A stretch of 63,995 nt of DNA, counting the filler, from Hausera hauseri (lineage: Eukaryota): the NCBI GenBank assembly GCA_046269625.1. It is 12 parts of 12 records of this genome, joined end to end, with 100 filler letters (N's around TTAATTAATTAA, not from the genome) between each part and the next. Parts side by side here need not be neighbours in the genome. Positions count along the whole stretch, not along the records: positions 12,464 to 17,457 come from JBJURY010367372.1; positions 17,558 to 22,329 come from JBJURY010441690.1; positions 22,430 to 30,165 come from JBJURY010905757.1; 9 more parts are not named here. One strand, written 5' to 3'. A program made the translations under genes and the position numbers. How positions within the stretch are numbered: the stretch's first letter is position 1; each line of letters starts with the position of its first letter. Positions 12,464-25,223 of this stretch are shown here, piece by piece. The notes beneath the pieces are model-generated. The model worked only from the letters and a program-made list of their open reading frames with translations. It searched no databases and was not told the origin of the DNA.

Positions 12464-15400
12464 ACTTTTATGGTGTGGTCTTCAATTGTGTGGTCTACCA
12501 TTGTGTGGTCTTCCATGGTGTGGACTTTCCTGGTGTGTTCATTCATTATGTTGATTTTTATGATGTGGTCCTCCGTGGTGTGCTTTTTCACGGTGTAATC
12601 TTTTATGGTTTGGTCTTCCATGATTTGGTTTTCCATGGTGTGGTCTTCCATGGTGTGGTCTTCCATTGTGTGGTCTTTCATGATTTGTTCTTTCATCGTG
12701 TAGTCTTCCATGGTGTTTTCTTCCATGGCCTGGTCTTTCATGGTGTGTTCTTCCATGCCGTTGTCTTCCATTGTGTGGTCTACCATTGTGTGGTCTTCCA
12801 TAGTGTGGTCTTTCCCGGTGTGTTCTTTTATTATGTTGGTTTTCATGATGTGGACCTCCATGGTGTGATCTTTCATGGTGTGGTCTTCCATGGTGTGGTC
12901 TTTCATGGTGTGGTCTTTCATGGTGTGATCCTTCATGGTGTGCTCTTACACGCTGCAATCATTCATGCTGTGGTCTTTCATGTTGTGGTCTTTCATGGTG
13001 TAATCTTTCACGTGTGGTATTCGATGGTGTGGTTTTCCATGGCGTATTTCTCATGGTGTGGTCTTCCATGGTGTGGTCTTTCATGGCGTGGTCTTCCATG
13101 GTATGGTCTTCCTCGGTGTGGTCTTCCATGATGTGGTCTGCCATGCTTTGGTATTCCATGGCGTGGTCGTTCATACTGTGGTCTTCGATGGTGTGGTTTT
13201 TTATTGCGTAATCTTCTTGGTGTGGTCTTTCATCGTGTAGTTTTCCATCGTGTGGACTTCCGTGGTGTTTCCTTCCATGGCGTGGTCTTCCATGGCGCGG
13301 TCTTCCATGGCGTGGTCTTCTATTGTGTGGTCTACCATTGTGTGGTCTTCCATGGTGTGGTCTTTCCTGGTGTGTTCTTTTATTATGTTGGTTTTCATGA
13401 TGTGGTCTTCCATGGTGTGGTCTTCCATTGTGTAGTCTTCCATGGTGTGGTCTTCCATGGAGTGGTCTTCCATGGTGTGGTCTTTCATGGCGTGGTCTTC
13501 CATGGTGTGGTCTTCCTAAGTGTGGTATTTCTCGGTGTGGTCTTCCATGGTGTGATCTTCCATAGTTTGGTTTTTTAAGGTGTCGGCTTCCATGGAGTGG
13601 TCTTCCGCGGTTTGGTATTTCATGGTGTGGTCTTCCATGGTTTGGTTTTTCAAGATGTAATCTTCCATGATGTGGTCTTCCATGCTTTGGTATTTCATGG
13701 CGTGGTCTTTCATACTGTGGTCTTCGATGCTGTGGTTTTTCATTGTGTAATCTTTCTTGGTGTGGTCTTTCATCGTGTAGTCTTCCATCATGTGGTCTTC
13801 CATGGTGTAATCTTTCATGTGTGGTATTCGATAGTGTGGTTTTCCATAGAGTATTTCTCATGGTGTGGTCTTCCATGGTGTGGCCTTCCATGGTGTGGTC
13901 TTCCATGGTGTGGTCTTCCATGGCGTGGTCTTTCATGGTGTGGTCGTCCATGGCGTGGTCTTTCATGGTGTAATCTTTCATGTGTGGTATTCTATGGTGT
14001 GGTTTTCCATGGAGTATTTTTCATGGTGTGGTCTTCCATCGTGTGGCCTTCCATTGTGTGGTCTGCCATCGTGTGGTCTTCCATGTTGTGGTCTTCCATG
14101 GCGTGGTCTTTCATGGTGTGGTCTTCCATGGCGTGGACTTTCATGGTGTAATCTTTCATATGTGGTATTCGATGGTGTGGTTTTTCATTGTGTAATCTTT
14201 CTTGGTGTGGTCTTTCATCGTGTAGTCTTCCATCCTGTGGTCTTCCATGGTGTAATCTTTCATGTGTGGTATTCGATAGTGTGCTTTTCCATGGAGTATT
14301 TCTCATAATGTGGTCTTCCATGGTGTGGCCTTCCATGGTGTGGTCTTCCATGGTGTGGTCTTCCATGGTGTAGTCTTCCATGGCGTGGTCTTTCATGGTG
14401 TGGTCTTCCATGGCGTGGTCTTTTATGGTGTAATCTTTCATGTGTGGTATTCTATGGTGTGGTTTTCCATGGAGTATTTCTCATGGTGTGGTCTTCCATC
14501 GTGTGGCCTTCCATGGTGTGGTCTGCCATCGTGTGGTCTTCCATGTTGTGTTATTCCATGGCGTGGTCTTTCATGGTGTGATCTTTCATGGCGTGGTCTT
14601 TCATGGTGTAATCATTCATTTGTAGTATTCGATGGTGTGGTTTTCCATGGAGTATTTCTCATGGTGTGGTCTTTTATCGTGTGGTCTTTCATGGCGTGGT
14701 CTTCTATGGTATGGTCTTCCATGGTGTGGTCTTCCATGGTGTGGTCTTCCATAGTTTGGTCCTCCATGATGTGCACTTACACGCTGTAATCATTCATGGT
14801 GTGGTCTTCCATTGCCTGCTCTTCAATGGTGTAATCTTCCATGGTGTGGTATATTATTATGTGGTCTTCCATGGTGTAATCTTTCACGATGTGGTCCTCC
14901 ATGGTGTGGTCTTCGATGTAGTGGTCTTCCATGGTGTGGTCTTCCATGGTGTGGTCTTCCATGGTGTGGTCTTCCATGGTTTGGTTTCTCAAGGTGTCGT
15001 CTTCCATAGAGTAGTTTTCCGCGGTTTGGTATTCCATGGTGTGGTCTTTTATACTGTGCGCTTCGATGGTGTGGTTTATCATTGTGTAATCTTTCATGGT
15101 GCGGTATTTCATTGTGTGATCTTTCAAAGTGTTTTCTTCCATGGTGTGGTCCTCCACAGTGTGCTCTTACACGCTGCAATTATTCATGCTGTGGTCCTCC
15201 ATGGTGTGGTATTTCATGGTGTGGTCTTCTATGGTGTGGTCTACCATTGTGTGGTCTTTCATGGTGTAATCTTACATGATGTGGTCCCTCATGGGGTAGT
15301 CTTCCATGGTGTGGTCTTCCATGGTGTGGTCCTCCATGGTGTTATCTTACACGCTGCAATCATTCATGCTGTGGTCTTCCATGGTGTCGTCTTTCATGGT

Positions 15401-16601
15401 TTGCTTTTCCATGGTGTGGTCTTCCTAGATGTGGTCTTCCACGGTGTGGTCTTGCATGGTGTGGTCTTCCATGGTTTGGTTTTTCAAGGTGTGGTCTTCC
15501 ATGGTGTGGTCTTCCATGGTGTGGTCTTTCATTGTGTGGTTTTCCATGGTGTAATTTTCCATTGTGTGGTCTTTCATGGTGTGCTCTTACACGCTGCAAT
15601 CATTCATGCTGTGGTCCTCCATGGTGTAGTCTTTCATGGTGTGGTCTTCTATGGTGTGGTTTACCATTGTGTGGTCTTTCACGGTGTGATCCTACATGAT
15701 GTGGTCCTTCATGGTGTGGTCCTCCATGGTGTGGTCTTCCATGGTGTGGTCATCCACGGTGTGCTCTTACACGCTGCAATTATTCATGCTATGGTCCTGC
15801 ATGGTGTGGTATTATATGTTGTGGTCTTCTATGGTGTGGTCTTCCATCGTGTGGTCTTTCCCGGTGTGTTCTTCCATTATGTTGGTTCTCATGATGTGGT
15901 CCTCCATGGTGTAGTCTTTTATGGTGTGGTTTTCTATGGTGTGGTCTTTCATGGTGTGGTCTTCCATGGTGTGGTCTTCCATGGTGTGTTCTTCCATGGT
16001 GTGGTCTACCATTGTGTGGTCTTTCATGGTGTAATCTTTCATGATATGGTCCTCCATTGTGTGGTCTTTCACGATGTCATCTTCCATGGTGTGGTCTTCC
16101 TAGGTGTGGTCTTTCACGGTGTGGTCTTCCATGGTTTGGTTTTTCAAAGTGTGGACTTCCATGGTGTGGTATTTCGTGTTGTGTTCTTCCATGGTGTAAT
16201 CATTCATGGTGTGGTCTTTCATGGTGTGGTCTTTCATGGTGTAAACTTTTATGGTGTGGTCTTCCATGGTGTGGTATTTCATGCTGTGGTGCTCCTTGTT
16301 GCAATCGTCTAAGGCGTAGTCTTGCAAGGTGAGGTCTTTTATTGTATGATCTTTCATCGTGTTTTCTTTTATGGTGTGGTCTTCCATTGTGTGGTCTACC
16401 ATTGTGTGGTCTTCATGGTGTGGACATTCCTAGTGTGTTCTTTCATTATTTAGGTTTTCATGATGTGGTCCTCCATGGTGTACTCTTTCTCGGTGTAATC
16501 TTTCATGTTGCGGTCTTCCATGGTGTGGTCTTCCATGGTGTGGTCTTCCATGATTTGGTTTTTCAAGGTGTCGTCTTCCATGGAGTGGTCTTCCGCGGTT
16601 T
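12464..16601. repeat. About 4.1-kb minisatellite, 15-bp unit CATGGTGTGGTCTTC, with higher-order variant blocks
   Basis: Reads HGVVF / MVWSS / WCGLP on + and MEDHT / RPHHG on -; variant blocks such as TTACACGCTGCAAT recur. Confidence 0.97.
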
Positions 16602-16989
16602 GAGTGCGCCTGAGACATGGGATCGAGTACTGCCCGTGACTCACATAGCGCCCAGGCCCCCTGCACGTGCAGATGTCTCCGGCACTGTCTAGGTTTTTGT
16701 AACTGAACTGTCGTCTGAACCTTCTCATTCTTTAGATAAGGACAGTCAGTAGGCTCGGCCAACGGACACCTCCCCTGACCAAGTGCAGGAAGAGTCGCCA
16801 GAACCCTGTATTTCCTAACAATGAGCATTCAGTGAGCTGTTTGAATTCGACATGTTAGAATGGCATTTACGCAACAGAAAAACCCAACGAGCTAATTAAC
16901 AGGATGATATCTGATCTTAGCGAGTCTATCAGCTTTCTCACTGAAACTGATGATTGTCTGGCCTGGTATCCACTGCATACATACATTCA

Positions 16990-17270
16990 CACCATCAGCA
17001 TCATCATCAGGTGACACGCTGTGAAGCGTAGGTCGTCACGGATGTCCATCTCTCGTGATTCCTGGTGTCTTCAATCATCTCTGCTGATGAGTTACTTTGG
17101 AGCCCATTCATGCAAACTATCCAGACACTTCATTCTCTGCCGCCCACTCCTTCTATTTCCTGGTATTTTGCCTGTGTGACCAAGTTCTGTAAGGCTTCTC
17201 TTTTTAAAACATTCACACCATATAGGCTTCTAATTTTGTGGCATATTTCTTGTACCTTCTAACTGGTGTC
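16990..17270 (-). mobile_element. 3' end of an RTE-clade LINE with (TGA)n tail
   Basis: Minus strand with frameshifts: REALQNLVT/TGKIPGNRRSGRQRMKCLDSL...AEMIEDTRNHERW...RVT* followed by TGATGATGA. Confidence 0.7.
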
Positions 17271-17272
17271 AT

Positions 17273-17457
17273 GGACCCGCGGTGGCGTTGCGGTTAGTGC
17301 GCTCGTCTGCCGATCACGTGGTTACGGTTTCAATACCAGCTGTGGGCACTGAATTTTTATTAAATCAAAACGGCTCGAGAGGCCCACCCAGCTTCAAAAA
17401 TGGGTACCGGAGAAATTCTCTGGGAAAGTAAAGGCGGCCTGGCGTTATGCTGACAAC
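17273..17457 (+). mobile_element. tRNA-derived SINE with Nin/Deu-type central domain (truncated by contig end)
   Basis: A-box TGGCGTTGCGG, B-box GGTTTCAATACC, then GGCCCACCCAGC...AATGGGTACCGG...GTAAAGGCGGCC.GGCGT..TGCTGAC core. Confidence 0.75.
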
Positions 17458-17557
17458 NNNNNNNNNNNNNNNNNNNNNNNNNNNNNNNNNNNNNNNNNNN
17501 NTTAATTAATTAANNNNNNNNNNNNNNNNNNNNNNNNNNNNNNNNNNNNNNNNNNNN

Positions 17558-18960
17558 TATCGAATTTCCGATAATCCAAATATTGATGAATAGCACTAGG
17601 CAACGGGTGAAATCGGTAACACACGTGATGCTGTATGTGAATGTGCAGTTAGAATTTAAACCGGTTGATTGGTTTTCGAATAATTCTCAAGTGGGACCGA
17701 ACCGCCACAGGTCTTTCCGCTATAAATTTTAAATCAATAATAAAAATATTGCACATATACTGGCAGGTGCAGTACTTGATGTACTTTCGATCGGTGCAAA
17801 ACTTGAGTGTGTTGTGCTCTTGAATACGGTTACCAGGGTACTTTTTCACTTTGCATATTTTGGTCATTGTGCAGCGTAACAGTGATGGAATTGATCGGGG
17901 TCAAGTGCAGGTGTATAGAGCACATCGAGATGCACCTTGATATGTAGTATGCAGTGCAAAAACATGTGTGCATGTGTGCAAAAATCGATAATATCGAATT
18001 TCCCATATTTCCAATATGAATGATTAAGACATGTGACCGAGTGCATTCGAAAGGAAACATGGTGTAGTATATGTGTGTGCAGTTAGAATTTAAATATATC
18101 GATCAGATTTCGATTAATATCGATCCAAAGTAAAAAATGGTCATACATTCAATAGGTTTTTCAAGCCTAGAGAAGCAAAATTCGATATAACATTGAGCGG
18201 GGACAAATAGGAAATTGACTACGGCAAACTCGAATCTCGAGGGGAAAACTCAAAATTCGAAATTTTGGAGCTCGAAAATCGAAGTTCGAACTATTCGAAA
18301 AATCTAGCAGCGGGAATCAATTTCTCGTATACGAAAACCCCTTGAACATAAAAATTAGTCCATGAAAATGTACTATATAGGCATAAAATCAATATTTCGA
18401 AATAAGCGAAATGTGCATTTTAAGCGCAGTGAAGCGGAAATCGACAAATGTAATAGCGGGCAAGATAAGAAAGCATATATGCCGAATACGAATCCAATGT
18501 TAGATGATCGAAAACATTATTAGAACTCGACGAATTATCTATTCGAACTCGAATATTCGTTCTGTCATGCATTATTCGAAGAATCAGATGAAGGCATTCA
18601 AATCTCCATTTTGGAAAACCTATATAGCAATAAATATTAGTGCGGTGCAGTGCATTGCTGTGTACAAAAATAAGGTTTTTCCAATATGCTAAAAGTGCTT
18701 AATAAATGCTAAGTCATTTTTATATAGATTAAGCAACTTAGGTGATTTTGAAGGTAAAGAAAACTGAAATCAATAAATCTTTAAGCGCACATCGAGAGGA
18801 AAGCATATATGGCGATTACGAATCTGGTATTAGATGATCGAAAACATTATTCTAAATCGATTAACTATCGATTCGAATTCGAATATTCGATAAAGCATGC
18901 ATTATTCGAAGAATCAGACGACGGCATTCGAAAACCAATGGTCGAAAACGTATTATAATA
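17558..18960. repeat. Non-coding region with two pairs of diverged direct repeats (about 17558-17680/17990-18110 and 18460-18600/18795-18935)
   Basis: Shared blocks tatcgaatttcc...gtgcagttagaatttaaa and gaaagcatatatg...ttagatgatcgaaaacattatt...gcattattcgaagaatcaga. Confidence 0.7.
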
Positions 18961-19211
18961 TGGCGCCGCCACATATTTAAATCACTTGATGCATTAAAAC
19001 AAACGCACGATGTTGACAATACAACATATTGGCAACAATATGCGGTGTACAATTTACCCCACCATTAAAATTATTTCCTTACATGGTTTTGCTTTACTGC
19101 ATCAAAATTATTTCCGTACATGTGTTTTGTTTTACTGCATAAATTATCAAAATTAGACAGCGCACGTTGACCTAGCTATATTTTTCATTATTTCCAAATT
19201 CACTTCCGAGA

Positions 19212-19860
19212 ATGGTAAGTTTTCTTCTTATTTGTGCTCATAAAATAATTGCTTTGTTTAGATGTGCAAACTTTACCGAGAGTGCTTGGCTCCAATCCAT
19301 GAGCCGGAAAATTGCCATAGTATTATGAAGAAATACTTTGGCCATAAGTTCAACAGGATTTAATATTATATATGCCCTACATGTGAGGTAGTGTGCAGGA
19401 CAGGGTACAAGGAATTCTACAATGTCCATGAACAGCACTTGATATCCTTTGCCAAGTGGAAAAAACAAATATTCAGTACCAATATGCCAATAACGTTTTT
19501 CATTCCAAAGGAAAACCAAAGTGCAGTTTATATGTGTATTGCACATGTACAATACATAACCCTGAGAATTGTCACAATACCATGAGGAACTATTATGGCC
19601 ACAAATTTAATAGGATCCTCTATTATATTTGCCCAGGATGTCAGACTGTATGTGATGGACAATACATACAGTTCTATGAAGATTACAAGCATCATTTGAC
19701 TAACTTTGCATCAAAGTCCAAGAAGGTCATATTTAATGAGCATAGACCAGTTGTACATTCCGCAATACAGCCAGATGCAGCAGTACAGTCTGCATTACAG
19801 CCTGCAGCAGTACATCGATATTCAGGATTAAAACGCCAATCAGGTCCATCAGATGCATGA
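19212..19860 (+). pseudogene. ORF with two tandem Cys/His-rich modules upstream of PolB; probable 47-nt intron right after the ATG
   Basis: ATG|GTAAGT...TTTAG (19215-19261); modules CKLYRECLAPIHEPENCH..MKKYFGHKFNRI*YYICPTCEVVC and CSLYVYCTCTIHNPENCH..MRNYYGHKFNRILYYICPGCQTVC. Confidence 0.6.
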
Positions 19861-19926
19861 GGCTCAACAGGCATAGCGGTTCCGCCTAAAAGCCAAAGAC
19901 AGCGGCCAGTTGATGCTGCTGCATTA

Positions 19927-22329
19927 ATGAAAAAAGTCCGCAAATATGCCACTGATGCAGCTGTGCAAAGAACCATCAAGGAGTTCCTGGAAGATGCAAA
20001 GGAAGAAACAGAGGGGATCCTCCAGGACAATATGACTGAGCTCAAGTCCCTTAAGGTTAATATAAAACTTGAGGCCACAAATGTCAATGTCGATGCCGAA
20101 GAATCAAATAGGGCCTTCAAGACCAAAAATAGGCCCATATTTAAAAACACAAATATAGCTAAATGGCTGCATGAAGAGCATACAAAGCTGATTCGTAAAG
20201 CCGATGAGAGCCAGGATAAAAAGAGTGAATGGGCTCTGTCAACCATCAAGAGACTGCTTACATATGTACACAGATACTCCCCCATGCAAGGCAGTTCATG
20301 TATACAGCTTCCGAAATGTATAGCTAATAAAAAAGTATGCATCAATGTCCTTAATAATGACAACAAGTGCTTCATGTATGCCATTTTATGTAAACTCGTA
20401 CGGGATCAAAAACATGCAGCAGATCGAATTTGGCTATATAAGGATGTGCAGCACAACTATTGCTTCCAGCATATCCCTTTCCTGCCATCCATAGATGAGA
20501 TTGCGAAGGTCAGTCGAATCAACAGCATATCAATTAACATCTTTGGATTGGATGAGGAAGATAAATTCTATCCCCTGTAGATATGCAATGTTGAATTGGA
20601 AGATCATAGGGTGAAAACAGGCATTTCATCTGGATAAAGATGTTTGAGCTTCTAGTCAGATCCCAAATTATGAAACATAAGGAAAGAATCGAAATATGTA
20701 AACGATGCTTGTCTCATTTCAGCGGCAAGTTAACTGTGGAGAAGTTGAAGGAGCACAAGATGTACTGTAACAACAATTACTGTGTAAGGCCAGAATTCTC
20801 CGAGGAAGACTATATTGAATTCAAGGAGTTTGAGAAGAAGATCAAGTTCCCAATAGTTATCTATTGCCACTTTGAGGTTACTCTGCGTCCAGTTCAGAGT
20901 TGCAGCCATAATCCTCAACATAGCAGCACACCGGCATACCAATATCATGAACTCTCATCGTATTGCTTTTATGTCAAAGGACTTGACATTAAACCATTTC
21001 TATTCAGAGGTCCAGGTAAAGTAGCATATTTCATGAAACGACTTGAAGACATGGCTCATAGGCTTGAAAACATTCATCAGCCGCATAAGTATAACATGAG
21101 CATGTCGTAGCAGCAAGAAGATGAATGGCGCAAGGCAACAACATGTTACTTGTGCTACAAACCCTTCACCAAGGATAATCATAAAGTCAAGGTTCACTGC
21201 CATTTTACAGGTGCATATCGGAGCGCAGCATGCAATAACTGCAATCGTTGCTGCCAAATATGTACATATGTGCCTGTAGTGTTCCATAATCTCAGTAACT
21301 ATAATTCCAACTTCATTGTTCGGGAACTGGACAACATTGATGGGAACAGTGATGTGATTCCAAATAGTGAGGAGAAGTACATCACCTTCACGAAGCATGT
21401 GGGCCGCACCAGACTTCGATTCATAAACAGCTTCCGCTTCATGAGCTCGTCACTGGATAGTTTAGTGAAGAACCTCCCTGCAGAAGAACTCAAGGAGACA
21501 AAGCGGTTCTTTCTCACTAACTTTGACCTAGTCAACAGGAAAGGAGTGTTTACCTACGACTACATAACATCATGGGAAACACTGAATGAGACCTTATTAC
21601 CGCCCAAGGATGGCTTTTATAGCCAGTTATCGGACTGTGATATCAGTAATAAGGACTACCAGCATGCTCAGAATGTATGACATGCATTCCAATGCCTAAT
21701 AATAGGGGAATACAGTGATATTTACCTCAAGATGAACGTGCTGCTTCTGACAGACGTCTTTGATAGTTTCGGGGATGTTACGATAAAGAGCCAAGCATTC
21801 TATCTGGCTCATTTCGTTACGGCTCCACGAATAAGCTGGGCAGCTATGCTGAGATATACCGGCATAAGGCTGCAGATCATTAAGGATTATGATATGATCC
21901 TTATGATCGAGAGGCATTAGAGGCGGAATATGCCAGGCCATTCACCAGTATAGCGAGGCCAACAAGTATATGGCCGAATACAACTCAACAAAGGAATCAT
22001 CATATATATCATACCTGGGTGCCAACAACTTGTATAAATGGGCAATGAGCGACCCATTGCCAAATAACTTCAAAAGGGTCAAGAATCCTGAAAACATCCG
22101 TATATTGGACCTAGATCCCAATGGAGATACGGGATACATACTGGAGGTAGACATGGAATATCCGGCTTCTATCCATACAAGGCATTAATAGCTGCCTTTC
22201 CTCCCTGAGAGCATGTCTCTGCCTCATGGAAAGCATAGGAAACTGCTCTGTGATCTGGGTAATAAGGAGAGGTATGTAGTCCACTACATCAATCTCCAGC
22301 AGGCAGTTAGACATGGACTTCGTATTACC
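19927..22329 (+). mobile_element. Polinton/adintovirus protein-primed PolB with endonuclease-VII-like insert, pseudogenised
   Basis: GSSCIQLP...CINVLNNDNKCFMYAI; ICKRCL; IYCHFE (ExoI-like); C..C...KVKVHCHFTGAYRSAACNNCN; VVFHNLSNYN; FINSFRFMSSSLDSL; RKGVFTYDY; ANNLYKWAMS; several in-frame stops. Confidence 0.93.
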
Positions 22330-25223
22330 NNNNNNNNNNNNNNNNNNNNNNNNNNNNNNNNNNNNNNNNNNNNTTAATTAATTAANNNNNNNNNNNNNNN
22401 NNNNNNNNNNNNNNNNNNNNNNNNNNNNNGAAATAATTAGTACTTTGGAAAAATTCTTATTAAAAAAAAAGCAATTATTAAGGGTCTATGATTTAAAATA
22501 GCTGTTAACTTCCAGTTAGAAATTAAAACGCTGAAGACTTATACTACAATTAGTGAATGGCATGCGTCAGCCAAATGGTGTTGAAGCATTGGAAAACAGA
22601 AGTACGTTAGGGTGATGAAAGAAAAACATTTTACTTGTGACACTTTTCAATTAAGGATATTAAAAAGATCAAGGAATAAAAATAGGCATTAACTTGCCTG
22701 TTTTAAGAAGGAGAATGGTGTAAAGTTGCCGCAAAATGAAACCAGTTTATAGCAAAAATAGTATGTAATGATAAATAGATTGGTGGAAATCTTAATTTGA
22801 ATGCATTATGTGACATATGAGAAAAATTGGATCAACACACAGTTATAAAAGACAACAAGAAAAAATGAAGTATTCAAATTTACAATCTTTGAAAATACGT
22901 ATTTCCTTTATTAGTTGAGAACATAATTAATTGATATTAACCCGCTCACTATTAATTAGGATTTAATAGGACATATGGGGTATGCTTCAGGGTGGCATTA
23001 GACTACCAACAAGGTAATAAAGCACTAAAGATATCAACTTTGGAATTGTATGAATGTGCCACATGATATTAAAACATTAGTTGTATAGAAAACTGAAGTG
23101 AGTGAGGGGATTAAAGGAAATTTGAAATGACTTACTTCGCTTTTTAAAAAGGTAAATAAATGGATTCAACAAATAAAAATAAACGATACCAAGCCTCTTT
23201 TTAACATGAAAAAACAAAGATCAACACTGATGAATTATTTACTAAAAGTAAAAGAGAAAGGAAATGAAGTATTTAAATATGCAGTCATTAAAACTGAATA
23301 AAAACAGAAATAGTATGTTCTATGCTAAAAGAAATATATCTACTCGCTAGTAAGTTGGGTAATAATAAGACATAGTTAATTAGACTATATACTAAACAAT
23401 GCAAATAAAGAGGAAAAACAAATGTTAAATATATAGACGAATGTCAATAACATTTGAAAAAAGCAGTTCAATAAAGGTAATGTCATTACTTTACCATATC
23501 ACTCGTAGATATGTTTAGAAGTGGTTAAAAGCCAAGTCCAAGATAGAGTTATTTGGCGCGAAAAACTTTTAGATGCTATAACTCAGAGGATTTTGAGGTT
23601 GTAGCGACGAAATTTGCACCATAAAAAGGTCATCGGTCGAGCATTCTATTGATTGTAGCAGTTTGTTATTAAATACAGGGTAGCTTCACTTATGAGAATA
23701 TATAGAACAATGACTTCAACGTGGAACAACACCGCAGGAAATGACGTGATGAAAAACGTCCTGATGAAAGTTGTTCATATTGATAGTAACAATGCTGACG
23801 TAGAATATTAAGGATCCATGAACAGTAGTTTGGACAGAATGGTGATTTTAGTCCAAAAATCGGTCTAGGCGAAAAGGAGTATTTTTCTTACTTAAATAAA
23901 TCGTAGAACCACAGATTGATGATTTTTCGAAGAGAACGTCTGGCGATAATATGATATAAAGGTTGAGCCCAGTAGATACAAACTTTGAGCGACGCACTCG
24001 TCGAAAAATACTAAAGGAATAGAAACTCGCCGTTCCGCAAACGCGGAAGCCGCGTACTTAGCTCTGTTACAGAGCGTCCGCACAGATGTACTGTATTGAT
24101 TGTTCCATCACTTTTTTTGAGTAACTGTGTCTTCCAATTTATTAGAAATAAAGTGACATTTGTACAATTATATTTGAGTGAATAAGGAATTTTAAGAAGC
24201 ATCACCTTCATCAAAGTAATTAACTTTCGAGAAGCCACACATTCAAGATGAGTGTTCGTACTTGTCAATTTTCGTAAGAATGGAAATATGAAATTTTGCT
24301 TGCAACGATTTCTATAATATAGAGCAGAATGTTTGATATACATACCCGGAAAGTCAGAGTGAATTGAGAAGAGGGAAATTTTTTAATTTATGTAAACTTT
24401 CTCTTCACATGTCACAAACACAGGATTGGTTTAGGGCTCAAATTTTAAAAATTCAGATTGTCTTTAACATTCAAAGCTTTACCTAAAAGTTATCATAAAA
24501 GTTAAGAGCTTTGAGTCTTTTTTAAAATTACAGGGATATTATAAAAATATACTTCCTACAGAACATAGTAAAAATGTGTGCTTACTGAATGAAGAAACCT
24601 AATTGTCTCTTTTTCCAACAGCAACAGTTCAGAGATGCTAATCCGTTCAGAATCATAAATAAGATCTACGGTTGTTTTTTAATCATATTATATTATGAAT
24701 TTCTGAAAATATACTTCAAAAAATAGATGAAAAATGGATAAGTGAAATATAGTTTCCCTCTTCAAAATACGAATTTGGCAAAAGTATTCTAATAATACCT
24801 TGGTCACAGAGCAATAATCCTGGTATTCACCTATTTTTCATCTAAATTCAGTCTATTCTGTGGCTTATCGTAATCATTTAAGTATGAATATCTTTCTTCT
24901 ATATATAATCCACAATGTTCGCATTTTTATTTTTAAGTCTAAATGCATGAAAATTTCATCGGTTAAATGAAGGCCGTTCTATACTAAAAGCACACCAGTT
25001 ACATGTCATAGGAACATAACTACAAAATAAGTCATTTCTTAAATTTTATAATATTATTTGGTGACTAGGAAACAACAAGAGGAGATGCCACTTTTGAGTA
25101 TGTTTAAGACAAACAGATACATAAAATCCTTTACAGGTGGATACCTAAATTTCAATCTCTCTCAAAGATGCAACATCCAGACTCAACATGTTGGATATTG
25201 AAAATTCTGCCATATACAAAATG

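Noticed and set aside
12464-16601. CRISPR-like array, or dozens of overlapping genes
   Set aside because: Head-to-tail 15-bp units with no unique spacers and no cas genes; a stop-poor unit of length divisible by 3 opens most frames automatically.
19692-22314. Minus-strand ORFs over the PolB
   Set aside because: Antisense shadows with no independent motifs.
23560-24400. Possible Tc1/mariner-type non-autonomous element (TACAGGGT word)
   Set aside because: No matching inverted terminus or transposase found.
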